A stretch of 64,000 bases of DNA from an uncultured delta proteobacterium. GTDB taxonomy: Bacteria; Desulfobacterota; Binatia; UBA9968. The position numbers and the translations under genes were made by a program. How positions within the stretch are numbered: position 1 is the first letter of the stretch; every line of letters begins with the position of its first letter. The stretch is from the NCBI GenBank assembly GCA_963745035.1, contig CAVUVW010000013.1, forward strand, positions 864,001 to 928,000, given 5' to 3'. Under the pieces are notes generated by a model. It did not search any database. It was not told the origin of the DNA and saw only the letters and a list, made by a program, of their open reading frames with translations. Positions 41,547-52,082 of the stretch are shown here, in pieces.

Positions 41547-42854
41547 TCAGCGGGCGACCGCCGCTTTCTGCCGAATCACCGGATCGTTGGTTTCAACTTT
41601 CCCCAATCCTGAGAGATGGCCGAACCACTGGCGCCAGAACGCGCGGAGCTGAAGCTCGTCCTCGGCGATCGCTTCCCGGTGCATGCCTCTGGATAGTTCG
41701 GACCATTCGACCCCCTCGGCCTTATAACCCGCTTGACAGGATTCGATCGCTTCGACGTCGTCGGGCGTCGCGAATCCTCCCGGCCCATGGAAGGTGAGAA
41801 AATTGTCGAGCCGGCGCGCGAGGAGCTCGGGCTTCTCTTCCCTGGGGGCGAGGTGCCAGGCGGTCACGTCCATCAGGTCGGGACTTATCGGCCAGAATAT
41901 TCTTACGGTGATGTCGATGGAATCGATGATGAGGAGATTAGGATAGACCAGGAGGTTGCGGCTGATATCGGCCATATGCCGAGCCTTCTGCTCGCCGAAC
42001 TTTCGCACCAGTCCTGCGCGGATGGCGGCGATCTCCTCCTTGTTCTCTTCGCCGAAGAGCGGGCTCCAGCGAGCAATCGGCCGGCCCCTGATGCCGTCGT
42101 GTTCCTCCACCGCGTGACCGTTGCCGAGGACGAGGGCCGGCCGGCTGAATGCGGTTTGCACGCCGCTGGTGTTGATGCCCACGCTATTTACATATTCGAA
42201 GTAAGTCTTGTGCGTCGGCCTGACGTGGTATCCGTCCAGGCTGTTCTCGACCAGCAGCTTCCAGTTGGCCTTAATCGAATAGCGATTGGAACCCGGCACG
42301 ATCCGCATGCCTTTTTCGGCTTGATCGACGATCAGGTCGAGATACTCGCGAGCGCCCGCGAGATAAGTCACGAGCTCTTCGACATCGGGATTGAAGCTGA
42401 CAAAGACAAACCCGCGGTAACTTTCCACCCGCGGCGGCGGCTTGAGGCCCATCGCCGCGCGATCGAAACTATCAGGGTAGCCGGCTTCGTCCGGCACGCC
42501 GACGAGGTCGCCCTGATTGTTGAAGCTCCAGGCATGATAGAAGCACTGCAAGACGTCGGCATGCCCCTGGTCGTGCCGGCAAATCAGCGCGCCTCTGTGC
42601 GTGCATGTGTTCAGAAAAACCCGCAGTTTGCCGTCGCTGCCGCGGATAAAGAAAAGCGGCCTCCCCGCTACGTTCCGGCGCCGGTAGTCGCCCGGCTTCT
42701 CGACTTCGGATTCGTGGCACAAATACAGCCAGCATTTGTTGAAGATCCGCTCCTGCTCCATCTGGAGAATTTCGCGCGACGTCATAGCGGAGCGATGGAC
42801 TCGAAATACACCTTCGTCCGGATTGTCTATGATCAGATTTTTAGGGTCGAACAT
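41547..42854 (-). CDS. Aromatic ring-hydroxylating (Rieske) dioxygenase alpha subunit
   Basis: CTHRG..CFYHAW Rieske motif; NWK..ENSLDGYH..H; DDVE. Confidence 0.95.
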   Translation of the reverse strand: MFDPKNLIIDNPDEGVFRVHRSAMTSREILQMEQERIFNKCWLYLCHESEVEKPGDYRRRNVAGRPLFFIRGSDGKLRVFLNTCTHRGALICRHDQGHADVLQCFYHAWSFNNQGDLVGVPDEAGYPDSFDRAAMGLKPPPRVESYRGFVFVSFNPDVEELVTYLAGAREYLDLIVDQAEKGMRIVPGSNRYSIKANWKLLVENSLDGYHVRPTHKTYFEYVNSVGINTSGVQTAFSRPALVLGNGHAVEEHDGIRGRPIARWSPLFGEENKEEIAAIRAGLVRKFGEQKARHMADISRNLLVYPNLLIIDSIDITVRIFWPISPDLMDVTAWHLAPREEKPELLARRLDNFLTFHGPGGFATPDDVEAIESCQAGYKAEGVEWSELSRGMHREAIAEDELQLRAFWRQWFGHLSGLGKVETNDPVIRQKAAVAR

Positions 42855-43012
42855 TGCGCGTCCCTCACAGATTAATTACCTCGAGTCACGAACACCGAGT
42901 CTTATCCTATTCTACGCTGCAAGGTCGTGGCAAGGACGGTTCGGTTCACGTTTTCCGAACTCTGCGCTCTCCGCGTCTCCGCGGTGAAATCGCCCCGGTA
43001 TCGGCCCGTTCA

Positions 43013-43990
43013 TCACTCCACGTCCGCTGCGAACAACTCGTCGGGGCTGACGATACGGGGCGAGAGACCCTGTTCGTAAACATATTCGCCGATCGCCTTC
43101 AGCGTCGGCCGATTCGGCTCCAGCCCGTACGCCCAGAAATCCTTCCCCATGACCCGCCAGGTCTCCTCGATGTGATGGATCAGCCAGGGAAGCGAAAGGC
43201 GCAGGGCGTCCGTGTCGTAGAGTCCCTCGACCGCCAGGTCGCGAGCTTCGCAGAAGGCCCGATAAATGCTCCGGGCCGCCCAAGGGTACTCGCGATAGAT
43301 ATCGTCGCGGAGCACCACCGTATGCATGATCGGGAAGATGCCGGTGCGTCGGAAATAATCCTGCTCGACTTCATAGTAGTTCGGAAACAGGCGCGCGATG
43401 CGCGGCGAGCCCTTCTCAAAGATGGAGGGGATAAAGATCGCCAGCAGCGCGTCGAGTTCGCCGCCCTCCAGCATTCCCTCGAGGGTTTGCTCCGGCGGCA
43501 AAAACTCGACCTTGACCTTGTCGGACAGCTTCAACGGAATCAGCGGTCGCTGGGTCGGTGTTGTCATCCCGCCGATGAACCAGTGAATGTCCTCCATCAT
43601 CACACCGTATTCGTGTCTCAGCATGCCGTTCATGAAGATGGTGGCGGTAGAACCGAGCTGCGTCGTTCCCACGCGTTTGCCGTGGAGATCCTGAGGCGTC
43701 CGGATCCCCGCATCGGTCCTTACGTAAATACACGAGTGTCGAAAGATCTTGGACACCGCGACCGGTAGCGCAACAAAGGGGCAATCACCGCGCCCGATCA
43801 AACTCGCGTAAGAGCCAAGCGACAGCTCCGAAACCTCGAACTCTTTTTCCTCCAGCATGCGCGGAAAGGTCTCGCGCGGACGCAAGACTTTGACTTCCAG
43901 ATCGATGCCTTCGGCCTGGACACGGCCGTCGATGAGCGGGCGGGTGCGATCATAGTCCCAACACGCGAGAGTGAGTTTGAGCTTCGACAT
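43013..43990 (-). CDS. 4,5-dihydroxyphthalate decarboxylase-like protein
   Basis: LTLACWDYDRTRPLIDGRV..ELSLGSY..FRHSCIYV..IFPIMHTVV..DFWAYGLEPNR. Confidence 0.85.
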   Translation of the reverse strand: MSKLKLTLACWDYDRTRPLIDGRVQAEGIDLEVKVLRPRETFPRMLEEKEFEVSELSLGSYASLIGRGDCPFVALPVAVSKIFRHSCIYVRTDAGIRTPQDLHGKRVGTTQLGSTATIFMNGMLRHEYGVMMEDIHWFIGGMTTPTQRPLIPLKLSDKVKVEFLPPEQTLEGMLEGGELDALLAIFIPSIFEKGSPRIARLFPNYYEVEQDYFRRTGIFPIMHTVVLRDDIYREYPWAARSIYRAFCEARDLAVEGLYDTDALRLSLPWLIHHIEETWRVMGKDFWAYGLEPNRPTLKAIGEYVYEQGLSPRIVSPDELFAADVE

Positions 43991-44415
43991 CGGTGTGCAG
44001 CCTATCTCCAGAGAAAATCTGATTGAATTTAAATCGTGTGCGTAGAACTAACATACCGCGAAGAGCTGTCAAGAAATCCGGTCATCGGTCAGTTTGAGAG
44101 CGATTACCCCCGATTCCCCGAGTAGGCTGCCGACAGTCGTTATTGAAAGGAAGGTGTGCTAGCGCTTCAGCTTAAAGCCAGAATGAACCGGTCTGAGAGT
44201 GTTCACGGTTTGAGCCTGAGGGAGGTGATTCGCGACTTCGCTTTCGGCGGGCCGGACCTTCGCACTTTGTATCTCATCCCACGCGCTTCGCTCTTAACAC
44301 TCGAGGTCAAAAACCGGGTATTGGGACATTCAACTCGTCGGACACCTGAAAACACTCTGAGGCCCACTCATTGGCAGACGGCGTCCTCCAAGCCGCCCTT
44401 GCTTACGCAGCTCAA

Positions 44416-44431
44416 AGGCCCTATTGTTGCA
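44416..44431 (+). promoter_or_regulatory. Possible sigma54 promoter
   Basis: AGGCCCTATTGTTGCA, GG-N10-GC, about 60 bp before the 44492 start. Confidence 0.4.
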
Positions 44432-44491
44432 TTTCCGCAAATCTCTCAAACCCAATCCAATTCCGTAGTGAGTTCGATTAGGAGGTTTCAT

Positions 44492-44683
44492 ATGTACAGA
44501 ATCTTGTGCGACCGGCAGCCGGCTCGCGAACTCGGTTCAGGCCTGACTTGGTTCATGGAAGACGGCAAGATCGTCGAGTTCTCTACGAGCGAAGAAGCCG
44601 GGGCTATGGTGAAAAAGTTAAGCGAAGGGCCTAGAGCTGCGATGACTACATACACGGCAAGAGAATATAACCCCGAGGATTAA
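44492..44683 (+). CDS. Small hypothetical protein (63 aa)
   Basis: AGGAGG RBS then MYRILCDRQ..EYNPED*. Confidence 0.6.
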   Translation: MYRILCDRQPARELGSGLTWFMEDGKIVEFSTSEEAGAMVKKLSEGPRAAMTTYTAREYNPED

Positions 44684-44870
44684 TTCAGCCAAATACGCTG
44701 CCCAATAAGGCGGCGCTGCTTCCTCGCCCACACAGCTCTGCAAGCCGTTCCTTGCCGATGAATCGGTCGGAAAAGTAATCCGTCCCTTTGTCCGAGAAAC
44801 TTCGGCAATGCAAGAACGGACCGTGCAGCTAGACCCGACATCTCAAGATTAAAGACCTAACCTTCAGTTT

Positions 44871-45239
44871 TTGCTTAGTTTGGTACAAGGCGCTGGCTTC
44901 GTCCCGGGTGACGCTTTGAGCATCAATCATGCCTGCTCCGGCAGCCGGAAAAACTCTGGGCGCGCCAAGCTGTGGTTCAATGACCCGATCGCAAATACGC
45001 GGCTGGAAGGTTCAGTTGATGGTTTAGTTACTCATCATCTCTTGAGCGGGTTTACGCTCGGCGACCAACCAGGGCTGGGCCCAAAAAAAGTCATCGACAT
45101 AGCTGCGGGAGCTAAATGTAGTGCGTACAAACTTTTCGGTACTTGGACGGGACCGTGGACTGAAGTCGTTTCATTTCACAAAAGCGCTGAGACGATTGAA
45201 CCAGTAGGAACGGCCTATTATTGGGAGTTCGCCGACTAG
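44871..45239 (+). pseudogene. Probable C-terminal fragment of a larger protein
   Basis: Protein-like composition (HACSG..KLWFND..YKLFGTW) but TTG start and no RBS. Confidence 0.3.
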
Positions 45240-45333
45240 CCACTCAGGATCAACGGCTAGTCGAAGGATTGGAACGATTAGCACGCCCCGAGTTACCTTG
45301 AACCAAACGTTGAACCTGAACACTTTCTCGCGT

Positions 45334-46416
45334 TCATCTTCTCCGGATGATGAACTTTTGAATGAGCGCTTCCCATTCCGAAACTTTTTTCTCGTACTCT
45401 TCCACGGTGTATTTGGCTTCGAAGTAGGTCTTCTTGAACTTCTGATTGACCAGTGACTCCACATCGTCGCGCGGCGAGCTGAGGCCGCCTTTGACGATGA
45501 ATTGCTGACCTTCTTTGGAATGGATGTAGTCCAAGAAGAGCAGCGCCGCATGCGGGTGTGGTGCTTTGGCGACGAGACCGGAGTATCCGACGTTGGCGAC
45601 GACCGGATCGAGCGGGCGCCACTCCACCGTGGCTCCTTTGCGCTTGGCGACGAACATGTTGGAATCAAAAATCGTCGGCGACATCGGCACTTCACCGCTG
45701 ACAACCAGATTGGCGAGCGCAGCGCCGGAGAGCTTATGAACATTGACGTCCTGGCCGGCAAGTTTTTCGATGAATTCTCTTCCGGCCGTCTCGATCACGG
45801 CGCCCACCCACCTTGCTGCGGTCGCGCCGCCCGCCAGGGACATCTTGCCCTTCCACCTGGGATCGAGAAGGTCGTTCAGACGCTTGGGCGCATCGGCGGC
45901 AGGAATATGACTGGTGTTGAAGCCTAGACTGATATAAGTTTCCCGGTCCGCCCAGTAGTAGATCCCGCTCTTTCCCTTCTTCACCACGTCGTCGTCGAAG
46001 AAGCGCAGTTCCGGCGAGCGATGCTCCTGAAGCAGACCGGCATTATAAATGCCGCCGATGTTGCCCGCCGTGCTCTCGACCACGTCGGCGATGAAGCGTC
46101 CGGCCTGGCTTTCTTCGATGACTCGCTTCATCACGTCCGCGCCGTCGGCGCGCCATTCCGCGACTTTGATGAACGGGTACTTCTTCTCGAACTCCTGGGC
46201 GACCTGCTTGAACCAGGTATGCGAGTTATAGAAAACCAGCTGCCCTTCCTTCTTTGCGCCCTGGATGAGAATCGCCTCGCGATCCGCGCCCTGATAGAGC
46301 GCAAGCTGCGAAGCGGACATCGGCGCGCCGGCGGCAAGCGCCTCCGTCACGGCGAGAACTAAAATGCCGATGGTAAGTAGAGCCCTCGCCGTTCGAATTC
46401 TTGGAAAGAGCGACAT
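45334..46416 (-). CDS. Extracellular solute-binding protein
   Basis: GAKKEGQLVFY..FEKKYPFIKV..DLLDPRWKGKM..APHPHAALLFLDY. Confidence 0.87.
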   Translation of the reverse strand: MSLFPRIRTARALLTIGILVLAVTEALAAGAPMSASQLALYQGADREAILIQGAKKEGQLVFYNSHTWFKQVAQEFEKKYPFIKVAEWRADGADVMKRVIEESQAGRFIADVVESTAGNIGGIYNAGLLQEHRSPELRFFDDDVVKKGKSGIYYWADRETYISLGFNTSHIPAADAPKRLNDLLDPRWKGKMSLAGGATAARWVGAVIETAGREFIEKLAGQDVNVHKLSGAALANLVVSGEVPMSPTIFDSNMFVAKRKGATVEWRPLDPVVANVGYSGLVAKAPHPHAALLFLDYIHSKEGQQFIVKGGLSSPRDDVESLVNQKFKKTYFEAKYTVEEYEKKVSEWEALIQKFIIRRR

Positions 46417-46608
46417 ATGACCTCCTTTGCCGAAACTATCGCTGTCCGGATGCTAATCACAATTCCGAGAGCACGGCCAGCGCTGTGAGATCACGTGTCC
46501 TGATCCAATCTGTACGCGAATAGATTCGTTTGACTGCCGACGCGAGACTTCGGTAGTGTCCAAGCTGAGCCAAGCCCGGAAATCGTCGAAACACAGGAGG
46601 AGAACGGT

Positions 46609-46899
46609 ATGATTTCGCAGATTCGCATTTACACGATCAACAAGGGTGAGATGGATAATTTTCTCAAGCACTTCAAAGAGGACATCATTGGCCTGCACGA
46701 AAAGATCGGCGTACCCATCGTCGGCACCTGGGTAAACCGGCCGCAAAACGAATTTATTTGGGTCAGGACCTACAAAGACAAGGCGGAGCTCGAAGCGAAG
46801 ACCAAAGAGTTCCAAGCCGCGGTCGCGGCCGCCGGAATCAAACTTGGCGGTAACGTCGCGAAGATGGAAGTGCGCGAGGCCGAATCGGTGTTCGCGTAG
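46609..46899 (+). CDS. NIPSNAP family protein (copy 2)
   Basis: Near-identical to 22838..23128; RBS AGGAGGAG. Confidence 0.82.
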   Translation: MISQIRIYTINKGEMDNFLKHFKEDIIGLHEKIGVPIVGTWVNRPQNEFIWVRTYKDKAELEAKTKEFQAAVAAAGIKLGGNVAKMEVREAESVFA

Positions 46900-46910
46900 C
46901 AGTTGCGGAA

Positions 46911-47549
46911 CTATTTATCCTGCAAGGCTAGTTCGCTTGCTTTCTCAGAATTTGAAACCCATTCAATGCGGACGGTCGCTATCCCTTGTTGCATCATGCC
47001 GAGCGCTCTCGCCGCTGCCCGCGAGACATCGATGATGCGGCCTTGCTTATAAGGTCCGCGGTCATTGATGCGCACGTCGACCGACTTTCCATTGTCGAGA
47101 TTGATGACTTTCACTCTGCTGCCCCAGGGGAGAGTTGGATGTGCGGCGGTGAGCCGGTCCTGATTAAAAACTTCGCCGCTCGCCGTGCGCTTGCCGTGAT
47201 GCTTTGCGCCGTACCACGAGGCGAGACCGGTCTCCGTTGTTGTCGGCTGCGACGGCGCGGGGATCCTTGCGGCTTCGGGCACCTGCTTAGTTTCCACAGG
47301 TGAAGGGACGTTCGCTGCAGGCGGAGTTTCACTGCGTTGGACAGGCGCCGGCGGCTTGTCGCTGGAAAGATTATTGGACTTAGATTCCGCAGGCGGGACT
47401 ACTCCCGTCGACAATGCGCGGGTAGGCGTGTCTGCGATGATGCCGCAACCTTGAGAGGAGATGAGCGCCGTTAGAACGATAACACCCATGCGCCAATCTA
47501 ATGCGGTCACGCCACAGAGCGGGTTTGGTCTCCGAAATAAAGATTGCAT
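46911..47549 (-). CDS. rlpA: Septal ring lytic transglycosylase RlpA family lipoprotein
   Basis: GLASWYG..HGKRTASGE..TAAHPTLPWGS..VRINDRGPY..RIIDVSRAAA. Confidence 0.9.
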   Translation of the reverse strand: MQSLFRRPNPLCGVTALDWRMGVIVLTALISSQGCGIIADTPTRALSTGVVPPAESKSNNLSSDKPPAPVQRSETPPAANVPSPVETKQVPEAARIPAPSQPTTTETGLASWYGAKHHGKRTASGEVFNQDRLTAAHPTLPWGSRVKVINLDNGKSVDVRINDRGPYKQGRIIDVSRAAARALGMMQQGIATVRIEWVSNSEKASELALQDK

Positions 47550-47572
47550 GGGCCACCTGAAGGAATACCTTC

Positions 47573-47588
47573 AGCAATGGCCATGCCC
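47573..47588 (-). promoter_or_regulatory. Possible sigma54 promoter of rlpA
   Basis: Minus strand GGGCATGGCCATTGCT, GG-N10-GC. Confidence 0.45.
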
Positions 47589-48051
47589 CAAAGGTGGTAC
47601 GTGACAGCGGCGGCTAAGATGACCAGAAGCGGCAGATATGGCGCATCACACGACAGAAGAACCGTAAATATAGCGTGCGCCCGTACAACGGCGTACGAAA
47701 ATGTGCTTTCGACGCGGTTTGATCATTAACGCACTTGCGGGATAGGGAAGATTGCTGAGAGCACGGGATCGCCTTTGAAGTCTGCTTACTGGCCGGCGGT
47801 GCACCGTGGTGTTGTCCGCATGACAAAATGCCGGATCTGCCGATCTGCGGCTACTGTCTTTACGCCGCTAGGGCTTTTTTCGGACTCATTTTGCGAGCAG
47901 GACCACGGTAGTGATTCGTGTGTGTTGCAGCAAAAAATCGGCTCAAACGCATTAACCGTATTTTTATCTACGTGCTATAAACAATCACGGACTCCGTTAT
48001 TATGTGGAACGTGTTCGAACTACTTACTGTCTCAGCGAAAGGGGAAATGCG

Positions 48052-49113
48052 ATGGGATTACGAGTAGCGGTATCCGCTCGAGTTCGTTTCTCTCTAGCTC
48101 TCATGATCTTTTGTGCTGCACTGCACGCTCAACTGGGCTTCGCGGCCGCTGCGAGTACGCCGGTTGGGGGCAAAGGCGAATCCCTAGACGCCTTATACCA
48201 AAAAGCGAAAGCGGAGGGTCGGGTGGTGGTGTACGCGGCCGCGTCGACAAATACCGAGCAAATTGTCTTTCCCGCTTTCGAAAAGCGCTTTCCGGGGATC
48301 AAGGTCAATCATGTAAACGCCACAGCCGACAAGCTTCTAGCGCGCGCCATTGCCGAAGCGCGGGGCGGCAAAACTCTCGGCGATGTTTTGAGCGGTACGC
48401 TGAACTATGTGGCTCAGGCGCGGGAACAAAAGCTGTTGCTCGATATCAACTTGCCGGAGGCTGCCGCTTATCCTACCGGCATGAAAGGCGCCGACTGGGT
48501 GGCCACCGACACCGAATATTTCATCGCCGCTTGGAATACGACTCGGGTCAAAAAAGGCGACGAGCCGAGAACGTTTGAAGACTTCGGTGACCCGAAATGG
48601 GCTAACCGGCTCAGCGCTGAACCGAGAGACTATCCGGTTTTGTTGGGTCTGGCGAAGTACAAGTATGGGAGCGACGACAAAGCCATAGAGATATTCAAGA
48701 AGATCGCGTCCAACAAACCTGAGTTTTTCAAGGGCCACTCGCAACTCGCGGAGCTGCTGACAGCGGGACAGGCGGATGTTTGTGTGACCTGCTACGCGCA
48801 TCATATCCCGCCGCTACAGAAAAAAGGCGCGCCGTTGCAGATCATGGTGACTGAAGGCGTCGGCCGCATCGGCGGCAGTGTGACCTTGCTTCGTGGCGCT
48901 CCCCATCCCAACGCCGGTTTACTTTGGGCGCGCTGGCTGATCAGTGAAGAGGGGCAAAAGGTATTCGCTCAGGCGGGTGAGACCCCCGCTCACCCGAAGG
49001 TGGAGCCGGTGGAGAAAATTCTTCCCGCGAAAACATATATGCTTTCAGCGGATGACACGAAGAATTATCCCAAGTACGAGAAGCTTTGGAACGAGATCTT
49101 CCAGCTTCGCTGA
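48052..49113 (+). CDS. Extracellular solute-binding protein
   Basis: AKAEGRVVVY..FEKRFPGIKV..DPKWANRLSAEPRD..APHPNAGLLWARW. Confidence 0.87.
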   Translation: MGLRVAVSARVRFSLALMIFCAALHAQLGFAAAASTPVGGKGESLDALYQKAKAEGRVVVYAAASTNTEQIVFPAFEKRFPGIKVNHVNATADKLLARAIAEARGGKTLGDVLSGTLNYVAQAREQKLLLDINLPEAAAYPTGMKGADWVATDTEYFIAAWNTTRVKKGDEPRTFEDFGDPKWANRLSAEPRDYPVLLGLAKYKYGSDDKAIEIFKKIASNKPEFFKGHSQLAELLTAGQADVCVTCYAHHIPPLQKKGAPLQIMVTEGVGRIGGSVTLLRGAPHPNAGLLWARWLISEEGQKVFAQAGETPAHPKVEPVEKILPAKTYMLSADDTKNYPKYEKLWNEIFQLR

Positions 49114-49196
49114 AAGTTTTCTGTGAGCGCACACACCGCAGTTCATCATTCTGAGGGAGCGCCCGGGCAATACCCGACCTCGCTCGGAGATTCTGA

Positions 49197-49883
49197 GTGC
49201 TCGAAGAAAACTTGGTTCAGATCGCAGGGGTGATCGACGCCGCTGAAGCGCAAATGCTTCAGCAGTGCGGCGTTCGCTATCTGGGATTTCCGCTTCGGCT
49301 CCCGGTTCACCGTGAGGATCTCACCGAACACGACGCGGCGGCGATCATCAAGAGCCTGACGCCGCCGGCATTCGGAGTTTTGATCACCTATCTCGATCAG
49401 GCGAGCGAGATCGCCGTCTTCTGCCATGCGCTCGGCGCCCGGATGGTGCAGCTTCATGGGGATATCGAGCGCGACGAGCTAAAGCAGCTAAAAACCTTGG
49501 ATCCGAACTTGACTGTGATCAAGAGTCTCGTCGTCGGCATGCGCGATGACAAAGAGCTCGAAGCAACGCTCGATGAATCGTCGCCGTTTGTCGATGCGTT
49601 CATCACCGACACCTTCGACCCCAAAACCGGCGCCTCCGGAGCGACCGGTAAAACGCACGACTGGCGTGTGAGCCGGCGCCTGGTGGAAATCGCCGATCGA
49701 CCGGTTATCCTCGCCGGCGGACTCACACCGGAGAACGTCAGGCGAGCGATCCTGGAAGTAAGACCGGCAGGTGTCGACTGCCACACCGGCGTCGAAGACT
49801 CCACCGGCCGCAAGAGCCGCGAAAAAGTCCGCAGATTCTTGGCGGAAGCGCACGAAGCTTTTGATCTCGTCAAAGCAAAGTAG
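49197..49883 (+). CDS. trpF: Phosphoribosylanthranilate isomerase family protein
   Basis: VQLHGD..GATGKTHDW..PVILAGGLTPENV..GVDCHTGVE. Confidence 0.8.
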   Translation: MLEENLVQIAGVIDAAEAQMLQQCGVRYLGFPLRLPVHREDLTEHDAAAIIKSLTPPAFGVLITYLDQASEIAVFCHALGARMVQLHGDIERDELKQLKTLDPNLTVIKSLVVGMRDDKELEATLDESSPFVDAFITDTFDPKTGASGATGKTHDWRVSRRLVEIADRPVILAGGLTPENVRRAILEVRPAGVDCHTGVEDSTGRKSREKVRRFLAEAHEAFDLVKAK

Positions 49884-49922
49884 TGATATCTTATATTATA
49901 GAATGTGCTCGGGACTGTAAGA

Positions 49923-50498
49923 CTACAGAGTTCGCAGCACGCGACATGGGTTTCCCGCAGCAACGACTCCCACGGGGAGATCCCGAACCACGACGCTGCC
50001 GGCTCCAACCGTTGTGTCGGCGCCGATACTCACGCCGGGACAGACAATCACGCCACCGCCGAGCCAGACCCGCGCGCCAATGTTGATCGGATGCGCCGAT
50101 TCCGGTCCGGCCGCGCGCGCGGCCGCATCCCGTGGATGATCGGCGGTCAACAGCTGCACATAGGGCCCGAGTTGAGCTTGCTCGCCGATACTGATTTGCG
50201 CCGGGTCCAAAAATACCGCGCCGAAATTTACAAAAACTCCCGCGCCAAGCGTGATTTGCGTCCCGTAATCACAATAAAAAGGCGGCTCGATCGCTGCGTC
50301 AGCGCCCGCATACCCGAGCAACTCGCGCAGCAACGCAGCCCGGCCAGTGATGTCGGCAGGATCACTCGCGTTGTAACGCGCAAACAGCCGCCGCGCACGC
50401 ACCCGCGCCGCGACGAGCTCCGGGTCCATTGCCGAATACAGCTCACCGCGCAACATCTTGCTGCGCTCGGTCTGGACGGAATTGGAAGTCTTATCCAT
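49923..50498 (-). CDS. Maltose/sugar O-acetyltransferase
   Basis: TERSKMLRGELY..IEPPFYCDYG..VWLGGGVIVCPGV..GNPCRVLR. Confidence 0.9.
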   Translation of the reverse strand: MDKTSNSVQTERSKMLRGELYSAMDPELVAARVRARRLFARYNASDPADITGRAALLRELLGYAGADAAIEPPFYCDYGTQITLGAGVFVNFGAVFLDPAQISIGEQAQLGPYVQLLTADHPRDAAARAAGPESAHPINIGARVWLGGGVIVCPGVSIGADTTVGAGSVVVRDLPVGVVAAGNPCRVLRTL

Positions 50499-50762
50499 GT
50501 ACTCAAGTATAACGACTTGGCCGGAAAATATTAGATTGACCCAAATTTGTTTACGGAACTTTGCGTAGGTGCCGCCGGGAGTTTGATCATTCGCCGATCC
50601 GTGCGATCTGGGGAGATCGCCGGCCTTTTTTAAGGCCATTCCGGCCGTGCTTTCCCGCTGTGCCTGGTCCGAGCGCATTGCACGGTCAAGGAAGCTGGGA
50701 TATACGGTTCTCGTCTATTTCACGGATCTTATATTTTCGCCGAATCTCACAAGGAGTTGGCA

Positions 50763-51548
50763 ATGGCGCGCGTTGTGGCCCTGTACCGCTACCCGCTCAA
50801 AGGGTTTACACCCGAAGAATGCGCCACGTTGACGGTACTCGCCGAAGGCAGAATCGCCGGCGACCGCGTTCTCGGCATTCGCTTCGCCGATACGGAAGCA
50901 CCCGATTTCGCCTGGAGCAGAAAACACGGGATGGTGGCGCTGATCAACACTCCGGGTCTGGCGCCTCTGCGCGTCACTTTCGACGCAAACGCCTCGCGGC
51001 TACGTATACAGTTGGGAGCTTCGATACTAGTCGACGAGGTTTTGAATGCGGAAGGCAGACGGCGGATCAGCGCTGTCCTGGCCGATTACGTGCTCAAGCT
51101 CGACGACAATCCGTTGACCGGTCATCCGGAACGGTTGCCGCTTCGGCTAATCGGCGACGGCCATACGCCGCGCTATCACGACGAAGAGCCCGGGCGAATC
51201 ACATTGCACGCAAGGGAAAGTCTTCGAGCACTTGAAAATGCTCTCGGGCATGATGTCAGCGAGCTGCGCTTCCGCTCGAATATCGCGGTCGAGGGAGTAA
51301 CCGCCTGGGAAGAGCAGAGCTGGGTCGGTCGAAAGATCCGCGTCGGCGCCGTGGAATTCGACGTTGTCAAACCGAAAACCCGGTGCCTCGCCACCCACGC
51401 CAATCCAACAACCGGCGAGCGTGATCTGCCGATTCTCACCACGCTGACGCAGAAGCTAGGCCAAGAACACCCGACTTTCGCCGTCGCGATGTTCCCCAGC
51501 CGCGGCGGCGGACAGATTCACGTCGGCGATGAAGTGCGGATCGATTGA
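50763..51548 (+). CDS. MOSC domain protein
   Basis: LYRYPLKG..RFRSNIAVEG..TRCLAT..GQIHVGD. Confidence 0.88.
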   Translation: MARVVALYRYPLKGFTPEECATLTVLAEGRIAGDRVLGIRFADTEAPDFAWSRKHGMVALINTPGLAPLRVTFDANASRLRIQLGASILVDEVLNAEGRRRISAVLADYVLKLDDNPLTGHPERLPLRLIGDGHTPRYHDEEPGRITLHARESLRALENALGHDVSELRFRSNIAVEGVTAWEEQSWVGRKIRVGAVEFDVVKPKTRCLATHANPTTGERDLPILTTLTQKLGQEHPTFAVAMFPSRGGGQIHVGDEVRID

Positions 51549-51594
51549 TCGCAAGTGAAATACCCTAACGCGTCGAACCGATCGGAGAAAGACA

Positions 51595-51954
51595 ATGGCT
51601 AAGATCAGGCACATCTCCTACCGCGCCGAGGACGTCGATGCCATGGCGAAATTTTTCATCGATGCCATGGGCATGACAATGATTCAGAAGCGGAAGGATA
51701 ACTCGATCGATCTGAGTGACGGTTCGATAAATGTCGCGATTCTTCCGCTGGCCGCAAATAGGAGCCGGAAAGCGGGTCTCGACCATATCGGGTTTACGGC
51801 AAAAGACGACCAGGAACAAATCCGCAGGATCGAAGCCGCCGGCGGAACGAACGAGATTACGCGATCGCCCTATGAAGAAAAGTTCCGGGGTCCAGAGGAC
51901 ATCATCGTCGATATCGGCCGCTGGCCGGGCGCGGCGCGGCTCGACGAAAAATAA
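51595..51954 (+). CDS. VOC family protein
   Basis: AKIRHISY..LSDGSINVAIL..GLDHIGF; paralog of 30267..30611. Confidence 0.85.
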   Translation: MAKIRHISYRAEDVDAMAKFFIDAMGMTMIQKRKDNSIDLSDGSINVAILPLAANRSRKAGLDHIGFTAKDDQEQIRRIEAAGGTNEITRSPYEEKFRGPEDIIVDIGRWPGAARLDEK

Positions 51955-52082
51955 GACCTTGTACTTTCTCCTTCGAGGTTAAAAGAAAGCGTTGCCAATG
52001 CGGCCACTAGCCAGCGTTTGCGGTCGACTCCAACAATGCATGGGAACAAGCCGATCTCGTTGCCTTTCGCTTCCGAATCATT

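Noticed and set aside
39428-43768. Long plus-strand ORFs (39428..40738, 41733..42875, 42854..43768)
   Set aside because: Antisense to recognisable SBP, dioxygenase and decarboxylase genes; no motifs of their own.
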